From NCBI GenBank assembly GCA_002633005.1, contig NMRA01000393.1:329833-393832 (forward strand): a DNA stretch of 64,000 nt, written 5' to 3'. This stretch comes from Phoronis australis. Lineage: Eukaryota > Animalia > Phoronida. Shown piece by piece: positions 27,590 through 39,884 of the stretch. The translations under genes and the position numbers were made by a program. The notes under the pieces were generated by a model. The model ran no database searches and was not told where the DNA came from. It was given only the letters and a program-made list of their open reading frames with translations. Every line of letters begins with the position of its first letter. Within the stretch, counting starts at the first letter, position 1.

Positions 27590-28560
27590 AGGGATCCAAC
27601 TGCCACGTTGCCCCTAGTTTTAGTTTTCGTTATTTGCTTCTGTATCTTTGGAGTTTCTTGGTGGATTTTCATGAATGTTGACAAATAAGTCTAGTAAGAT
27701 GAGGACACCTTACGTTTTCAGAATTGATATATTCTGTGTCACCCAGTGGCCATTTTAAACATTTTTGGTGTTATCCTTTTTATCCACCAAGCCCCTTGAG
27801 GTATTCTAACCCGGTATTATGAAAATTAGCAGATGTGTTCCTGTTGAGAAGATTGCTGCAGACGTTGATTTTCGTAAATGTAGATTAACAAACCACGCTT
27901 AAAATCATTATGAGAGCGAGCACGGCTGACAATGATTTTCAAACGATTCCCTCTACTGTTGCTGCCCCAATTGGCATTTTTTCTTGTCTGTGGCTTTTTT
28001 TTCTAAACCTGTAGCAGTATCTTCGTAAAATTTGACTTGAAAGTTTTCCAGCAACGTGACAAAAAATGTTGACAACTTCAGACGGATATGACTACCATTG
28101 TGCCCCTAGTGGCAGTTTTATTTTTTGTGATTTCCTCCAATCCATATCTAGATTTCTTTGATGAATTTTCATGAAACTTTGCAAATAGATTTCTATTAAA
28201 AAGACAATAACACCTTCCCATTTTTCTATGAGATTGAGTTATTGGATGCTGCCTAGAGATCATTTTTAAACTGGTTTTGCCATCTTCCTCTCTTTTGCCC
28301 AAACCAGTCATCATTATAAAGTTTGCCATATGTGTATGTACTAAGAAGTGTGTGGCTGACCATGATTTTCAAGCTGGTCTGACTGTTGTGGTGCCCTCTT
28401 GTGGCTGTTTTGTTTTTTGCCTGTGACTCAAGAAGTTCCTTAACAGATCTTCATGAAATTTGACACATATTCCTATTGAGGAGATTACAACTGACATGGT
28501 TTTGGTACAAATCCAACCACTGTGTACTTGCCTGGTGGTAGTTTGGGTCTTGTTTTGAAG
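27590..28560. mobile_element. Second copy of the modular repeat family with CTCF-like motifs
   Basis: ctgtatctttggagtttcttggtggattttcatgaa (27640) matches 6870 and 7288; ttcatgaaatttg and gtgccc.c.tgtggc modules repeat. Confidence 0.6.
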
Positions 28561-28799
28561 AATTTTGTACTGTAATTGATGCAATTGATTCCTATCATCT
28601 TGTACTGTGTCAGTTTTCTTGATGTCACAGTTAACATTTAAACAGGGCTATATATTGGTCAACTGTTACCTTTCATCTAAGTGTAGTAAAAACACAGAGC
28701 TGACAAATTTCCCTGGAGATCACACTGCTAAATCTGCATTAATTTGTTAGCCAGCTTTAATTTTCCACATCAATGACTCTCAGCAATTATGTTGCTAAG

Positions 28800-28900
28800 T
28801 GTTTGCCAAGTCCAGATTTGTTGTTCCTCTTGATAGAGTATTATACAATTCTAGTGTCTCTGGAGCAAAAAAAAATGTGAAAGACTCTTGTATGTCACTG
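28800..28900 (-). mobile_element. Possible LINE (CR1/L2-like) ORF2 C-terminal remnant
   Basis: Minus-strand SFTFFFAPETLELYNTL resembles the 'SFFPRTI..WN.LP' terminal motif; weak. Confidence 0.25.
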
Positions 28901-30963
28901 TCTTTTTCATGTTTCTCATTCTTTGAATAATTTTTACAGTGGAATTGCTTTGTTGGAATGTTTGTACAATGCACTTGATGGACCATCTGTTTTAAGAAAT
29001 ATAAAGAAATCTGTGTGCAGGGTGTTGGTATGACATATTTTCTGGTCAACATAAAGAGTGGCGATCATTCTCCATGTGCTAAGTATTTGTTTGGTGCAAT
29101 TATGTACTAACTTGTAAGTTTCCTATAATCATGTCTCTCTGAAGTCAGTGTAATAGCTATCTCATGATATGTCTATTTCTGACGATCGATTGCAGAAATG
29201 GTAATCTCGCCCGAAGGTTTGTGAAATTGAGTCATCCTTTTTCCTTTTGTTTACGGTGATTGGCGATTCTGTTTACCTTTACCGTGTACAGTTTCACCTA
29301 GCCTAAGACCCTTACATACTGATAACATATAATATGGAAATATATTTAGCCATTACTATTACTGTAAAAATTCTTCAATTTTGGGACAAAAATAATTGAC
29401 AAAATTGCCGTATTTCTATTTTTCAGGGGCTTACCACATTGTTGCAAATGTTCAAAATTTTTGCCAAGCGTTGCTGGTTATGGCGTCTGCCTTATTGTGT
29501 GAAGAATTTTTACCGTACCCTGGTAACCTAATGTATTTTCTCAATCACACGTTATTAGCAAAACGTCAGAAATATAAATGGTTCCAAGCGCTATGTTTGC
29601 AGGTACTTTGCTGGTGGCTTGAGATACGACCCTGATGTTTTTTATAGTACTTTTATAGCATGACCACTTCCTTCAAAAAAGTCAGACATGCAAAAGAAAG
29701 GTGCCTTTGTTAATCATTGTGTTAACATGCATATTTTAGGTAGGGGTTGGGGGCTGCATTTGCCCTTCTAGATTTGGACTAAGAAAATTTGAATTATTTG
29801 GCAAAACAGAATTCCCGCACCACACTGCTTCCAATGGAAGAAAATGAGAGTATGCAGATATGGCGTGGACAGCAAAGTAAGAGATATTGTGTTAAACTTT
29901 ACAGCCACCTTCTTATATGAGTGAGTGGATACTTGTTGTTTCATTGATTTGTTTATTTCCGTGAATAAAATACTCGACTAAAAAAACTATGAGTGGGTGT
30001 TAGCTGAGGTTGCTATACGGAGCAATTTTCACGGGACCACATTTTTTCTCACACCTAATAAGCGTGTCACATGACACGGTTATTGCATATTTGGTAAAAG
30101 GATGCGTTAGATTAGATTAGATTAAAAAGATAGGTATCAGTGGGTCAACTATTCACGCAGTAGATAGAATTTTCAATTGCTCAATAAAATCACACATTTT
30201 GTTTAAGAGTACCATATATAGCATCACAACATGTCTGCCCAAACAAGATTGTGAGAATGCATTAAAAACCATACAGTAACATTGACCCCGATCAGAAGAA
30301 TGACAGTTTGCAAAGCTTGAAGAACAATTGGTTTGAACAATACATGATAGCGCCATGTTGATATAAGTTTCATGACAAGGTGCCAGCAGGTGGTGTGAAA
30401 TTTTGAGGACTCGGTTCCTAGTTGTATTTTGACGATAGTCCTCATACAGCTAGTTGGATGGCTAGGTTGCTACACAGACTTTTTGTTTCTGTGTATTTGA
30501 AATACGGTACTTAAATACAAACACACTGCATGTTGAAGAGAGTTTTCCGGAAAAATCATGTTAGTGCAGAGACATTTTTTAGGTAATAAATGTAGTTAAC
30601 ATATTTGTAATTAGTGATACAAATTTAACATGAGTTTGCTTTACTTAGCTGAAACTGTATGAGTTTGAAAGTGATCTGTGCCATGGCTATTAGACAGACA
30701 TAGTCATCTCCTTGTAAGTGTGTGTATAGTCAACTGATTAGCAGTGTTTGTGACTGATAACATTATTCTGTTGACTGGAGAATGTCTGACATTGATCAGT
30801 TCAACTAAACAGGAAGTCAAATGAGGGTGATTTTCTTCTTAACACTTCCAAGGCCAGGTGTCTCAGTAGTACTCACTTCACAGAAAAGCGGTTATAATTT
30901 TTAAAACTGATTTAATGGTTATATCTCTTGGTCTTATCACTTTAAAAGTAACTGTAGCGCAGC

Positions 30964-31393
30964 TATAACCCTGTGTGAGGGTGGTGTTGGCAGAAGTTAT
31001 AACCCTGTGTGAGGGGTGGTGTTGAAGAGAGGTTATAACCCTGTGTGAGGGGTGATGTTGGGAGAGGTTATAACCCTGTGTGAGGGGTGATGTTAAGAGA
31101 GGTTATAACCCTGTGGGAGGGGTGATGTTGAGAGAGGTTATAACCCTGTGTGAGGGTGGTGTTGAAGAGAGGTTATAACCCTGTGTGAGGGGTGATGTTG
31201 GGAGAGGTTATAACCCTGTGTGAGGGGTAATGTTGGGATCGTTATAACCCNCCCTGTGTGAGGGGTGATGTTGGGAGAGGTTATAACCCTGTGTGAGGGG
31301 TGGTGTTGAGAGAGGTTATAACCCTGTGTGAGGGGTGATGTTGGGAGAGGTTATAACCCTGTGTGAGGGGTGATGTTGAGAGAAGTTATAACC
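30964..31393. repeat. Minisatellite, ~12 x 35 bp
   Basis: ttataaccctgtgtgaggggtgatgttgggagagg repeated; n at 31251. Confidence 0.95.
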
Positions 31394-31875
31394 ATTGCAT
31401 GTCCATGTGAACATGGCAGTTGCAAAAGTTACAACTCAATAGATGTTTGTCAACTATTTTTTAGCTTCAAGTAGACTTAGACTGCTTATAAAATGTGCCC
31501 CATCTCCCACTTCTAGTCTGGGCGTGAGTTCCTGTATCAAAAGGGGAGGCCTATCTTTTTGGGCCATTTTCAACAGATATATGTTAAGAGCTCCAAATCA
31601 GTACACATATGAGGACAACTGAATCAGTATGTCATCTGTCTGAGTTCATTAATTGTGTTGATTATCTGAGAGTTGGAACTAAGGAAACAGTAATTGTCTT
31701 GCTCCTATACATTCCTCTACATGAGCAAATCTAGTGAGACAGTCTCAACGATAATGAGGCGCTTTCACGGCTTCTTTCCACGATTCACTCTTTGATCTGA
31801 GTCAGGGATTTTATTTAATCAGCGGTGATAAAGCCAACATATTGTATTCTCTAATGCTATGCATGGACAGTTCTC

Positions 31876-31891
31876 TGTTACCATGGTAACA
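31876..31891. promoter_or_regulatory. Perfect palindromic RFX X-box
   Basis: TGTTACCATGGTAACA matches GTTNCCATGGNAAC exactly. Confidence 0.6.
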
Positions 31892-34800
31892 TGTCTGACT
31901 AAGTCTGTGAAATGGTCTTGGAGATATTTTATTCATCCATAAATAGTCTGGTCTCTACGCCATAGGAGGAAGGACAGGTAATCATGCACTGCTAATGATG
32001 CTGTTGTATGGTCAGTCAAAACTCTTAGAGCGGGTTTTTGTTAATTTAATGTTTTCCTTTCTCAGATGTATGTTTCTGGAACCTTTTCAATCAGTCACTG
32101 ATTTATTGCTGATTTGTTAATTTGTATTTTGGTTTTGTTTACCCCCCTCTCTCTACCTTACAGAAACAAAACAACTGATTTGTCTCGGAGCCGAGTTTTT
32201 ATAGAGGTTTTTTCACAGTTTGAACGTATTTGAAAGTTCTTGGTTACTTTGAAAGAGAGTTGTGCTGAATGTCAGTCTGTAATATGTAGTGTTAATTCCT
32301 AAAAATGGACATGACAGAAAGTCTGTATAGCGTGATATAACGAACTGAGATGTTTTCTTGTGGTAAATAATGATTCACCTGTGTTTGGGAAGAAATTTCA
32401 TCTGTTTCATACTTTTTCATCAGGAGGAATTATATTGCAGACATATAGTTTCACTATTCAGTTCGTTCTTTCAGGAAAATTTGTGGCATAACCGACATGA
32501 AAAATGAAGTCAATAATGTGTGCGGACTTTAGGGCTGTCAGGAACATTAGTCTAGATCTGATGCTGAAAATTTGTAATTCTTTCCTGGACTAACTTGAGA
32601 GAGCAATATTTTGGCTGCAGCACCACCTGGTGTGTGTCAATCTTTGGTGAAATTTTGAACTAAACTCAATTTTGAGTATGTGATAATCTCAGCTATATTC
32701 TTTCGAACACACACCTCTTCACGCTATGCTCAAACAATTTCTCCTTGTCTAGAATATGCACATCATCCAAATCAAAAGTTTGAATTGAAAGTCCATCCTT
32801 GTTGTTTGTTCTGACTCGCATTTCGCCACTGAATGAGTGATAATCTCAATCCAAGTTATTCCAGTGCCTGGTGACAGTTCAATTTGCCCATAGTTTTCTC
32901 TGACATACTGAAATGTCAGTCAAAACATTTTAGATAAGAAGATGAAGTTTGGTCATAAGCATGCAATCAAAATGTCTAGACATTGATTTTTCGCAACTCC
33001 CATTTGCCTAGCTGCTTGCAACACTAAATACAACGGGGCCTCAGTCTTTCACCAGCTCAATATTAGTTAGTCTGTATATCACCAGATGTCCTCTCTTGTC
33101 ACTTGAATGATATCAAGTCAATATTTCAAGTGGATGGCTTACTGAGGAAATCATTTTAATTTTTAAAGTTGAAAAACTTTGTAGTGTTTTAATTCTGTTG
33201 AAACCAAATGCAGTTGAATTGCATAGCACTCTCATTAAGAAAGTCTCTATTTCTAAATTGATACTTAAATCATGCTTATCCAGGTTATTTTATTGTTCAA
33301 TCAACAGATGTGCACTGTAAATGATACTAACCAATGTTGACACGTGATCTCTGTAAATATGATATAGTTATATATAATCTGGTGGAAGAACGGTCACCAG
33401 AGGGCATTGTCTGTCATCTGTTTAGAGTAGGTGATAGCTGGTCTTCGAAATCTGGGCTGATATTCATAATTGTTATCCATGTTTACAACAAGAGGTATAA
33501 TTGTGCCCCATGAATATACCTTTTAAAAGAGGGTTTAAAATGTGACCCATTGTCATACCTCATCTGTCTACCCAAATTATACCTATCCTAATTCTTGTGC
33601 TCAGGTATTTATGGCCTATAGAGTGCCCTGAGTTACAGACCCTAATTTTGTTGCCAAGGAAATGGAAGAATAGTTTGTTGGTGCTACATAGGGTCTTCCA
33701 GGTGTGTATTCAGACTAAAATTTGTTATCAAAATACCAGAAATGGACAGTGTTTCACCACGGAACATGAACCAAAATTGGTTTTCAAAGATGGTGCTGTA
33801 GGGGCCTTTTAAGACTTGGTGGTTTATTTTCATCAAGTGAGGCCCAAGTAGCAGTAGGCACAAAACATTAATGTTTATTTCAATTCAAGACACGCATATG
33901 AGACTTCGTTTTTGGATTGCGAATTCAATATCTCGCAACATTCCTTACTCCCCTCTACTTTGTTATTCAGTTAGCGATTCATTGAATAGCTCACCAATTA
34001 AATAGCAGAAGATATCTGTTCTCAATTTATGGTTATCCTCAGTGTGAATAACTGAATTTTAGGACAATTTTGTACTCTGTGTTTATTTTTAAAATTCCTT
34101 ATCCATTTTATAGTTTCCTACGACATAATACTCCTCATAAATTGCCTACAAATATTTTAAAGTCTGCAGTATGTAGTCCAGGTTTTCGACTTTACCAGAA
34201 CAACTATTAAACTTGATCCAAAAAGGAAATGGACAAAGTGGGGTCACCAAGGATGCCATTGTCAAATTGTTCAGAAGTCATGGAGCAGCAAGGCATGAGA
34301 CATGTATACATAACCCCTGCTCCATGCATCAAGCTGTCATTAACATTTTTGTTAAACAAGTCACAATATTATTGGACTATTTGGCCAGATTGGCTTGATA
34401 CATCAGTCGCCATTGGCATTTGTTTACTCATGCAAGCCAGGCAAACCAAATGTCTCCCCTGATGGCCTTTGGTGTATATATGCGGTTGTCTCTTTGTTTG
34501 ACCATGTCGGGATCAGTTACTTCTCTGGCAGTGAGCCTGTCACCTTCTTGGAGGAACTGACACAATACATTTAGTTTAACCACCCCCTCACTCAACCAAT
34601 ATTGAAACTGTTGTACCTAATATGAAGTGACATTTAAATGAAAAAAGTGATTTTTACCCAATGAAGAGTTGAAAGGATCTGCTTGATTTTTGAAAAATGC
34701 TTGGTTGAAAAATGCAAAGTTTACTTTTCATACTTGTTTTCTGTTTTACTTGTAATCCAATTAATTACAGGTTGGTATACATTCAAAACTTAAATTCCAC

Positions 34801-35692
34801 AAAGTTTACCTTTTTGGAAAAGATGTTCTTTTACTGAATTAATACGCAAGTTCTATTGGGGCTTGGCTAATACATAGACTTCCTGATAATGGGTTACACA
34901 TGTCCTCAACAAAAAACACCATTTTTATTTACATGTTTGGGATCAGTCTCCCAATAAACTTTACATTGTCTTATTAAAGCTGCACTTTGCTTTGTCCAGC
35001 TGGCTAAAAGTGAAAATCGAATTACGCATTTTCCTCTTATAAAATCCTCACAATGTTCCTTACCCTGATTGGATTTTATTGTCCTTACCAACTTAAGTCA
35101 TAGGTGATAGTTTTCATACTTGTTGTTGGTAACCTTAATAGTTCCATAATAGTTGTAAAAGGGTTACATACAGATTTTCATTAGTCACACAAACAGGGTG
35201 AAATGCAATTATAAATAACATGTGACTTGATGCCTGGAGGATGGCCAATAGGCTTTATTTACAGAGTTATGATTGAACATTACACCATTTTGTAGTATAT
35301 AACCATGGTAATATGGCTCAAAGAACATGTGAAACACTTGCTGGAATGTTAACACCTCAGAAGACAAGTGTTGCCGATGTGCAAAAATTTTAGTTATGGC
35401 CTCACCTTTTATTGTTTATACTCTCCTTTATTTACCTAGCATTCTTTAAATTTATCATTGCCTCTTGTTCAAGTGGTCATTATTCCAATTTACTGTGTGT
35501 ATAGATGAACCTCCATGAGATAAAGTTTCCGATGGTTTGACCTTTTGGTACTTTGATTTGATTTTTATTTACCTCAGAACCTTGTGCTAAAAGTACATGC
35601 TCACTTTATAGCCAGGGTTTGGTTTTAGAAAAATACTTGGGTCTCTCAGTTGGCACATATGCTTGGACACTATAGACTGTCTCCTCTTCTAA

Positions 35693-36151
35693 AGGCCCTT
35701 TCCATGTTTTGGGGAGTTGCGTTCAGTATGAAGGGTTTACTGTGGTCCCAAATCAAAGTTAACAGTTAATTTTGCAGTTAACAGACAGATTTTACTGTGG
35801 AGCGTTGACAGTACGGTGCAGTATGAACCATTATCGAAGTTATCACCAGGTACCACTGTTATCGTTAACAATTAAAGGGCAGTGTCGTCGCTAATAGTTG
35901 CCTATATTTCGATCAAATAATCACCAATCTAATAAGTTTTATGTCAATTAGCACGTGTAAATGTTCCCAAATTGTCACATTAAAAAAATCTTAGCGTGCA
36001 GCGCTACCTTGCGATTACTTCGATGATAACAGCGTCACCTACCATCTACTTCAATGTCCATTATACCGAAGCCGGTATGAATGGTTCAGTTAACTTCACA
36101 GTTTACCTGACGCTCCCCTCACACTGGAGTTAAGTCAATAAGAAAGGGCCT
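35693..36151. mobile_element. MITE with aggccctttc/gaaagggcct TIRs (Harbinger-like)
   Basis: Perfect 10-bp inverted termini and a CpG-richer interior than the flanks. Confidence 0.55.
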
Positions 36152-36543
36152 TAATATGGAGACCCTAAGCAGCTGTTTTGTGAGTTACTGATCAGGCATG
36201 TGCTGAGTTCTACCAGAAATGTCAATATGGCCATGACTAGGAGGACCCATACCAGAACTGAACTGTTTGTTGCATACATTGAATTTCTTCCAGGTAGATT
36301 AGGATGTTCCCAAGTACAACAATTTATGACTTCCCTTATTTACAGACACATGTATGTTTTCTCCAATAAAACTTTCCTCATCAAACAATTAAAAGTCCTG
36401 GTGACCTACACATGTAGTTGATGGATTTAAAGCATGCAAGAAATTCTTTTAATGTCTGACAAGACTTCCCAACAGTAGCCTTGTATACTGTTTATGGCTG
36501 GTAGCATTTCTGGAATTTCTACTGAACTTTCAGTTGATCTGGT

Positions 36544-36557
36544 GTTACCATGGTAAT
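36544..36557. promoter_or_regulatory. Near-perfect RFX X-box ~1.3 kb upstream of exon A
   Basis: GTTACCATGGTAAT, one mismatch. Confidence 0.45.
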
Positions 36558-36925
36558 AATCTAAACACTGTCACTGGTTTTAACTGAATAGCTCAATTAT
36601 CAATTATTGCTAATTTAATTTCTGACAAAATACAAAGTTGATTGATGACTATGCATTAGACATTTTAGTGAAAATGCAAACTTGTATGTGTTGTCAATAG
36701 TCAATACTTCCAGTTATGACAAATTTTCTGTGTCATTTCTTAAATGTTCCCTGTATGGCATCTGACCTGTTGGCCTGTGATGCATATTTTTTCTGTGTTA
36801 AAGAACAAATAACCTACATGAGTGCGTGATTTAGATAAACTAATTGAATATTGCTATCTCATAACTCCATTTTGTTCTAGTTAATGTGATTGCTCTAGTT
36901 ATGATCACATGCAATATGCATGCAC

Positions 36926-36980
36926 CAGGAATGTGTATTAGACAATGTCAGTCATCAGGAATGTGTATTAGACAATGTCA
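36926..36980. repeat. Tandem duplication, ~2 x 30 bp
   Basis: caggaatgtgtattagacaatgtca twice. Confidence 0.88.
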
Positions 36981-37840
36981 TTTCTTTGTTATGGCTAATG
37001 CCATAATTTCCAAACTCTACTGGGCTTAACTGGGGTATCTGGACTACGCAGACGCCTCATGCTTTCAAACTATATTATTTTATAAATCAACCAGGCAGCT
37101 TTTTAACACTGACTTTTTTCTTCAAGGAAGTATTAGTATCTAGGTCTTAGTGCTGAGATGTATCAGTATCTAAACCAGGATGTCAGGGGTGAAGTTGTGA
37201 AGTGCGTTACAATTGTCCCACAAGTGGAGCATTAGCATATGAACATTGTATTCAGGCTTCACAACTCCCCAAACTGTCCAGTTCCGCCCTACCTGTCAAT
37301 TAACCTGGTGACTGACTGGTAGGTGGGCTAGCCTACGCCATCTTTAGGAGGGAGGTTATTGTTGATATGTGTTGTGTTTGCTGTAGACTTGCATCTTACA
37401 ATTAGGAGTCACATTTGTATCCATTATTTTGAAGTGTTTTACTACGTATAATAAGTTGTTTGTTGAATACCATCTCATGCTTATGTTAGAAAGTGACTGT
37501 CTTTAAAAATATGTAGTTGTTCACCCCTCTGGTGAGAATGGGTTGCACCAGCCCAGTTGGAGTCCTGTGAATGTTTGTTGACCTATCAGTTGGCAGGAAT
37601 GCCATAGGCTGTGTACTGGTGCTTTTTCAATTTCACTCTCCTCACCAGCTTGCTGTGAAGTTAGTTAGTCAAGTGTTCTGTTCATTGCTGTGTGGTTTGT
37701 TCATTGGAGGGGTATCAGAAGACATCAGACTTGTGCTGTGCCAGCCTGTCTCTGTGATTCACAGTGCAAGGATATTAGAACTGGACTAGACTGATAGCTT
37801 TGGGTGTTTAGCCTATTTTGTGTTAAACACAGGTTTCAAT

Positions 37841-39884
37841 ATGGCAGATTCAGATCCAGTAACCTTAATTAGTTATACTCATATTAAGGAAGAGAACACA
37901 GTGTGTTCTAGTGAGTCAGATTCTGCAAATGATAATGAAGTTCATGTGAATGGTACTGTTGAGTCAGCGGCTGTACCAACGGGGTCACTACTTACTAATG
38001 GTGGTGGCGACAACAACGAGGAACTTGTGTCACCAGGCAGTATAGACACTGAAAATGTGACGGAGAAAACAGAACAGGAAGTCCAATCAACTTCCATTGA
38101 AAATCTGTCAAGTGAAGCAGAATGTAAAGGTGTGGTCTTGTCAGTAACCAGTGAAGAGAACAAAATGGAAGTACATGAACAGCCTACAGACTCTCCAGAT
38201 ACCCCTAAATGTGAAGAGAAATCTGAAGAAGAACACAGCGAGCCAGTAGCTGTTATCTCTCCTTCTGTGGAGCAGGAAAACCTTGAACAAGCTTCTTCCT
38301 CAGAAGTAGTTGTGGAACCCTCACAGATTGTTGAGGAACAACAGGCTAAGTGCATATCAGAACCAGCTCCCACTGAAGAGGGCGGAGACGTAGTTGAGCC
38401 AACGGAAGAATCACAGTCTAGGGCAGAGGAGGTGGTGGAATCCTCTGAACCACAATTGGAATCTCCTGCTGTGGACACCAACGTACAAGAACCAGCAGAA
38501 GAAGTTGAACTAGTGGGTGAACAAAGTTCTGAGTCAGCTCAGGATGAAGAGACAGCTGCTCCTGGAGATGAAGAACAATCTGGTGGAGAAGTATTGAGCT
38601 GTGGGGATGACAATGCAACTGAGGAGACGTTTGAACCAACACAAACAGAACCAGTGTCAGAAAGTCCACAACCCACTGAACCTGTCTCAGATAAACCCGT
38701 TGTTGCCCCTGTTGTTAGCATGGTGTCTGAATCGGCCCCTGAAGATAATGCTGAGAAAACACAGGAACCTTCAGAACCTGATGAGGAGATTGTAGCCCCA
38801 GTAGTAGAGACATCAGTTGAGGCTGCAGCTGTAGCCCCAGTAGTAGAGAAATCTGTCGAGGCTGCACCTGTAGTCACAGCATCGGAGACAACTGCTGATG
38901 GTAATGGCACTGAGGCTGTTGGTGGTGACAGTAAATCAGGTGAGACATCAGTTAATGATGATCAAATTAATGAGGTCGCTAATAAAATTGTACGGGAAGT
39001 AATTGCCGAGGCTAGTTCTATTGTTCAGAGAGATCATCTGGAGGTGGCTCAGGCCAGGCATGATAGCATTGATGAAACCGAGTTAGTCGTTGATGAGGCA
39101 GACACTATTCTGGAAATTGTAGAGGACCCATTGGTCAATGGTATTATTAATAGTGAGCGTGTTGTAGTTGATGAACAATCAGAAACGTCACATATTGCAG
39201 TACCTGATGAAAAGGTAGACAAATCACTTCCATCTGACCAAAGTCAAGAAGAAGACATGTCACAGGATGGCGAGACTAACGAGGAAGAGACTGATACAGT
39301 TTCACCAACTACCCAGATTGTTGATGTTCAGGAAACAGCTGAAGAACAACCAACAGAACAGGAAGATATCAAGACAGACAAGGGTGTAGTCGGAGAAGAA
39401 CAAAGAGAGGAGGTTGCTCATGTTGCTTCCTCTATCATTGTTGAGAAAGACACTAGCGCCACTGCACAGGAAACACCAATGGAACTAGAATCAATCCCTG
39501 CACAGGAAGCACCAACCGAACAAGAATCCATCCCTACACAGGAAGCACCAAATGAACATGACTCCATCCCTACACAGGAAGCACCAACCGAGCCAGAATC
39601 CATCCCCGTACAGGAAGCACCAAGTGAAGAAGAGTCCATCCCTGTTGATGAAATACAAATGGTTGATGTTGCTCCGGTGGCTTCTTCTCTTATTGTTGGG
39701 GAAGATTCTACTGACCCTTCAGCGGAAGCACCAACTGTCCTAGAATTCTCCCCTGCAAACGTTGCAGTTGAAAACCCAGCGCCTCTGTCTCCCATGATGG
39801 CAGAGGACACCAATTCACCAACTGAACCTGCTGCTAGTACGCCAGCTGAGAACTCCACTGGCACTGAAGCCATTCAGGATCATG
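37841..39884 (+). CDS. Coding exon A: ~681 codons of Glu/Pro/Ser/Thr/Val-rich acidic low-complexity sequence with an AKAP-like amphipathic helix; N-terminal arm of the SDR gene
   Basis: 715-codon ORF in a window where other non-repeat ORFs are short. Acceptor ttttgtgttaaacacag|G at 37832/37833, ATG at 37841. Donor CATG|gtattc at 39884/39885 (phase 1) is in frame with exon 41541. Confidence 0.85.
38792..38869 (+). repeat. Coding tandem repeat, 2 x 39 nt (VAPVVExSVEAAx)
   Basis: gtagccccagtagtagaga at 38792 and 38831. Confidence 0.88.
39464..39643 (+). repeat. Coding tandem repeat, 5 x 36 nt (xQEAPTExESIP)
   Basis: AQETPMELESIP/AQEAPTEQESIP/TQEAPNEHDSIP/TQEAPTEPESIP/VQEAPSEEESIP, also visible at DNA level. 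Confidence 0.92.

Noticed and set aside
39464-39643. ESIP/DSIP repeats as EB1-binding SxIP motifs
   Set aside because: Ser is in the wrong position (E-S-I-P, not S-x-I-P) and the context is acidic rather than basic.
37942-39873. Minus-strand Ser/Thr-rich ORFs (179, 123 and 151 aa), and 41461..41871
   Set aside because: Antisense shadows of the Glu-rich coding exons.
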